A stretch of DNA of 64,000 bases, filler included, from an uncultured Methanoregulaceae archaeon (GTDB lineage: Archaea > Halobacteriota > Methanomicrobia > Methanomicrobiales > Methanospirillaceae), in the NCBI GenBank assembly GCA_964530035.1. It is 8 parts of 8 records of this genome, joined end to end, with 100 filler letters (N's around TTAATTAATTAA, not from the genome) between each part and the next. Parts side by side here need not be neighbours in the genome. Positions count along the whole stretch, not along the records: positions 61,378 to 64,000 come from CAZGXZ010000219.1; 7 more parts are not named here. One strand, written 5' to 3'. Both the position numbers and the translations under genes were made by a program. Numbering within the stretch: the stretch's first letter is position 1; every line of letters starts with the position of its first letter. Below the pieces are notes generated by a model that worked only from the letters and a program-made list of their open reading frames with translations, searched no databases and was not told the DNA's origin. This document shows, piece by piece, positions 61,869-64,000 of this stretch.

Positions 61869-62162
61869 ATGTCTGAACTATCGCTCTGCTCCACGGTTTC
61901 AGCGGTCAAGGACCAGGTCTCCTGCGACCTTGCCGGTGAAGCGGTCATCCTCTCCCTGAAAAACGGGGTATACTATACCCTGAACCCAATGGGTGCAAGG
62001 ATATGGTCCCTTGTCCAGGCGCCCACACCTGCGTCCACCGTCCGTGATACCATCCTTGCCGAGTACGACGTTGATGCCGGCCGGTGCGAAACCGAACTGC
62101 TCTCTCTTTTAAAGGACCTTCACCGGGAAGGACTGATCGAGGTTGAAAACCCAAACATTTAA
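61869..62162 (+). CDS. PqqD-family RiPP recognition element (lasso B1)
   Basis: DLAGEAVIL....GVYY.LN.MGARIW.L...EYDVD...C......L..L...GLI. Confidence 0.92.
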   Translation: MSELSLCSTVSAVKDQVSCDLAGEAVILSLKNGVYYTLNPMGARIWSLVQAPTPASTVRDTILAEYDVDAGRCETELLSLLKDLHREGLIEVENPNI

Positions 62163-62586
62163 CCGTTTTTTAAACCTTTCCACGGAGGAGCAGGTTCTTC
62201 TTCTCCGTGCGGTACTGCTCCTCGGGCTGGTCAGGCTCGGGCTGTGGCTCCTTCCCCTCAGGGCGCTCCAGCATGCCCTTGGAAGCCTTTTCGCAAGGGG
62301 GAAGACACCAGGAAAACCGCAGCCTCCCGTTGAGCGGATCTGTTGGGCCGTGCGGCTGGCAGGAAGCATCGTGCCCCGGTCGACCTGCCTTGTCAAGGCC
62401 CTGGCAGCCCAGGCCCTGCTGGCTTCCGGAGGCCAGGCCTCAAGCCTGTGTATAGGGGTAGCAAAGGACGGGGACTCTTCCCTGGGGGCTCATGCCTGGG
62501 TGGAAATAGATGGGGTGGTCATCATTGGTGAGACGGAGCCAGGGCGTTACACCCGCCTCATGACTATGCCGGGAGAGCCGGAATGA
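62143..62586 (+). CDS. Lasso peptide B2 leader peptidase (transglutaminase-like)
   Basis: TCLVKALA, LCIGV and AHAWVEIDG give a Cys-His-Asp triad. Confidence 0.9.
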   Translation: MKTQTFNRFLNLSTEEQVLLLRAVLLLGLVRLGLWLLPLRALQHALGSLFARGKTPGKPQPPVERICWAVRLAGSIVPRSTCLVKALAAQALLASGGQASSLCIGVAKDGDSSLGAHAWVEIDGVVIIGETEPGRYTRLMTMPGEPE

Positions 62587-64000
62587 GTGGCATCGGAGGA
62601 GTATTCAACCTTGACGGTGCACCTGTGCCACGTGAAACGCTCGGATTGGTCGCCGCTGCCATCAGTCACCGGGGCCCTGACGGGCTTGAGAGCTGGACGG
62701 ACGCACGGGCCGGCCTCGTACATAGTCATTTCTGGACGACACCCGAGGACCTTGGTAAGAAACAGCCCCTGTCAGACGGGGCATGCTGGATAACCGCGGA
62801 TGCGAGGATTGACAACCGCGACGAGATCCTGCCGGTGCTGGAACACCCGTGTTCGTCATCAGTCCCAAGCGATGCCGGGCTCATCCTTGCGGCATACCGG
62901 AAGTGGGGCGTGGAGAGTCCGAAACACCTCGTTGGTGACTTTGCCTTTGCCATCTGGGACCCGCAGGCCCAACGGCTTTTCTGTGCCCGCGATCCAGTCG
63001 GCATCAGGCCATTCCAGTACGCCCGTGCCGGCAACACCCTTGTCTTTGCTTCAACGACGGGTGCGGTCGTCGCGGCATTTTCCTCCCGTCCCGTTCCAAA
63101 CCTGCCATTCATGTCGGACCTCCTTGCAGGAAGGTATGAACGCTGGATATCGGAAACCGCGTACAAGGATGTCTTCCGCCTTCCCCCGGCCCACTCTCTC
63201 ATCGCTGACACGAACGGAATTTCCATATCCCGGTACTGGACCTTCGGGCAGGGGCAGAAGGAACCCTGTACGACGAAGGAGGAGTACATCACCCGTTTCA
63301 GGGATGTATTCAGGGAGGCGGTCCGTTGCCGGCTGAGGTCAGCAGGGCCTGTCGGCATGACGGTGAGCGGGGGTCTTGACTCGTCTTCGATTGCCTGTAT
63401 GATAAAACGGCTTATAGAAGACGGGATGGTTAAGGATCTGCCGGTGCGGATGTATTCATCCGTCTATGACCATACACCGTGTGCCGATGAACGCGTGTTC
63501 CTCGACGAACTCCTTGGCGCATGTCCCGGGTTCCCGGCGACCCTGATCCCCTCGGATGACCTGTGGGGGATGAAGGAGTTTGCAGATGACCACGGGTTCC
63601 CCCTTGATGAGCCCGAGACAGACGTGATACGGGCCCTCCTCCTGGCACAACTCCAGGCTGCACAGGGACACGGGTGCCGGGTCTTTGTCAGCGGCCACGG
63701 GGGGGACCAGGTCATGAACACGGATGCGTATTATTTTCCCGACGTCCTGAACGATGTCGGGCTCTATGACCTGATCAGGGAACTCCGGCACTTCTATGTC
63801 TATCGCCGGTCTGCCCCCGTGTTTTTCCTTAGTGCCTTCATTGCACCGCATATTCCAGCAATGTTGAAAAAAAGGTTATCCACCCTTTTTTACGACCCGA
63901 GTGCCGGGGGGCTCCTCACCCCGTTGTGCACGAAGGTGATTCCGGGAGCGGATCCTGAGGAGATCCCCAGCGGCCTTGGAGGAAACGGCTCTGGCAGGAT
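62583..64000 (+). CDS. Lasso cyclase (asparagine-synthetase-like), 3'-partial; not in the ORF track
   Basis: Hand translation: MSGIGG..HRGPDG..ADARIDNRDE..GDFAFAIWD..ARDPVGIRP..VSGGLDSSSIA..SGHGGDQ; ATGA overlap with B2. Confidence 0.9.
   Translation, partial: MSGIGGVFNLDGAPVPRETLGLVAAAISHRGPDGLESWTDARAGLVHSHFWTTPEDLGKKQPLSDGACWITADARIDNRDEILPVLEHPCSSSVPSDAGLILAAYRKWGVESPKHLVGDFAFAIWDPQAQRLFCARDPVGIRPFQYARAGNTLVFASTTGAVVAAFSSRPVPNLPFMSDLLAGRYERWISETAYKDVFRLPPAHSLIADTNGISISRYWTFGQGQKEPCTTKEEYITRFRDVFREAVRCRLRSAGPVGMTVSGGLDSSSIACMIKRLIEDGMVKDLPVRMYSSVYDHTPCADERVFLDELLGACPGFPATLIPSDDLWGMKEFADDHGFPLDEPETDVIRALLLAQLQAAQGHGCRVFVSGHGGDQVMNTDAYYFPDVLNDVGLYDLIRELRHFYVYRRSAPVFFLSAFIAPHIPAMLKKRLSTLFYDPSAGGLLTPLCTKVIPGADPEEIPSGLGGNGSGR

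Noticed and set aside
62583..64000. Ordinary asparagine synthetase asnB
   Set aside because: Ser replaces the N-terminal catalytic Cys, and the gene is coupled to RRE and B2 genes

Overview
Archaeal DNA, most consistent with a Methanomicrobiales methanogen (Methanoregulaceae/Methanolinea-like). The evidence is an archaeal histone, methanogen-type SerRS, a sheath-protein homologue and class III pilins. The window is not contiguous. It is eight assembly pieces joined by artificial 100-nt N-TTAATTAATTAA-N linkers; the six complete ones are 8.5-8.7 kb and sorted by decreasing length, so synteny only holds within a piece. Piece 1: housekeeping genes (guaAB, argD, hisC, fen, presenilin homologue, NOG1, histone). 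Piece 2: type IV pilus cluster, nikR and a large PKD surface protein. Pieces 3-4: envelope and housekeeping genes. Piece 5: a probable small integrative element with GC-rich core genes flanking AT-richer cargo, including a sheath-protein paralogue. Piece 6: a W/Mo homeostasis locus with a MoSto-like storage protein, a TupBC transporter served by a TupA-WtpA fused receptor, and an FdhD lacking its catalytic Cys. Piece 7: the rps15-DHH-pcc1-serS2-rps3ae-apgM run with an S15 leader. Piece 8: a lasso-peptide biosynthetic operon (RRE/B1, B2 protease, cyclase) divergent from an AglB-like oligosaccharyltransferase; the cyclase is missing from the ORF track because it runs off the window. All family calls come from motif recognition; no searches were run.
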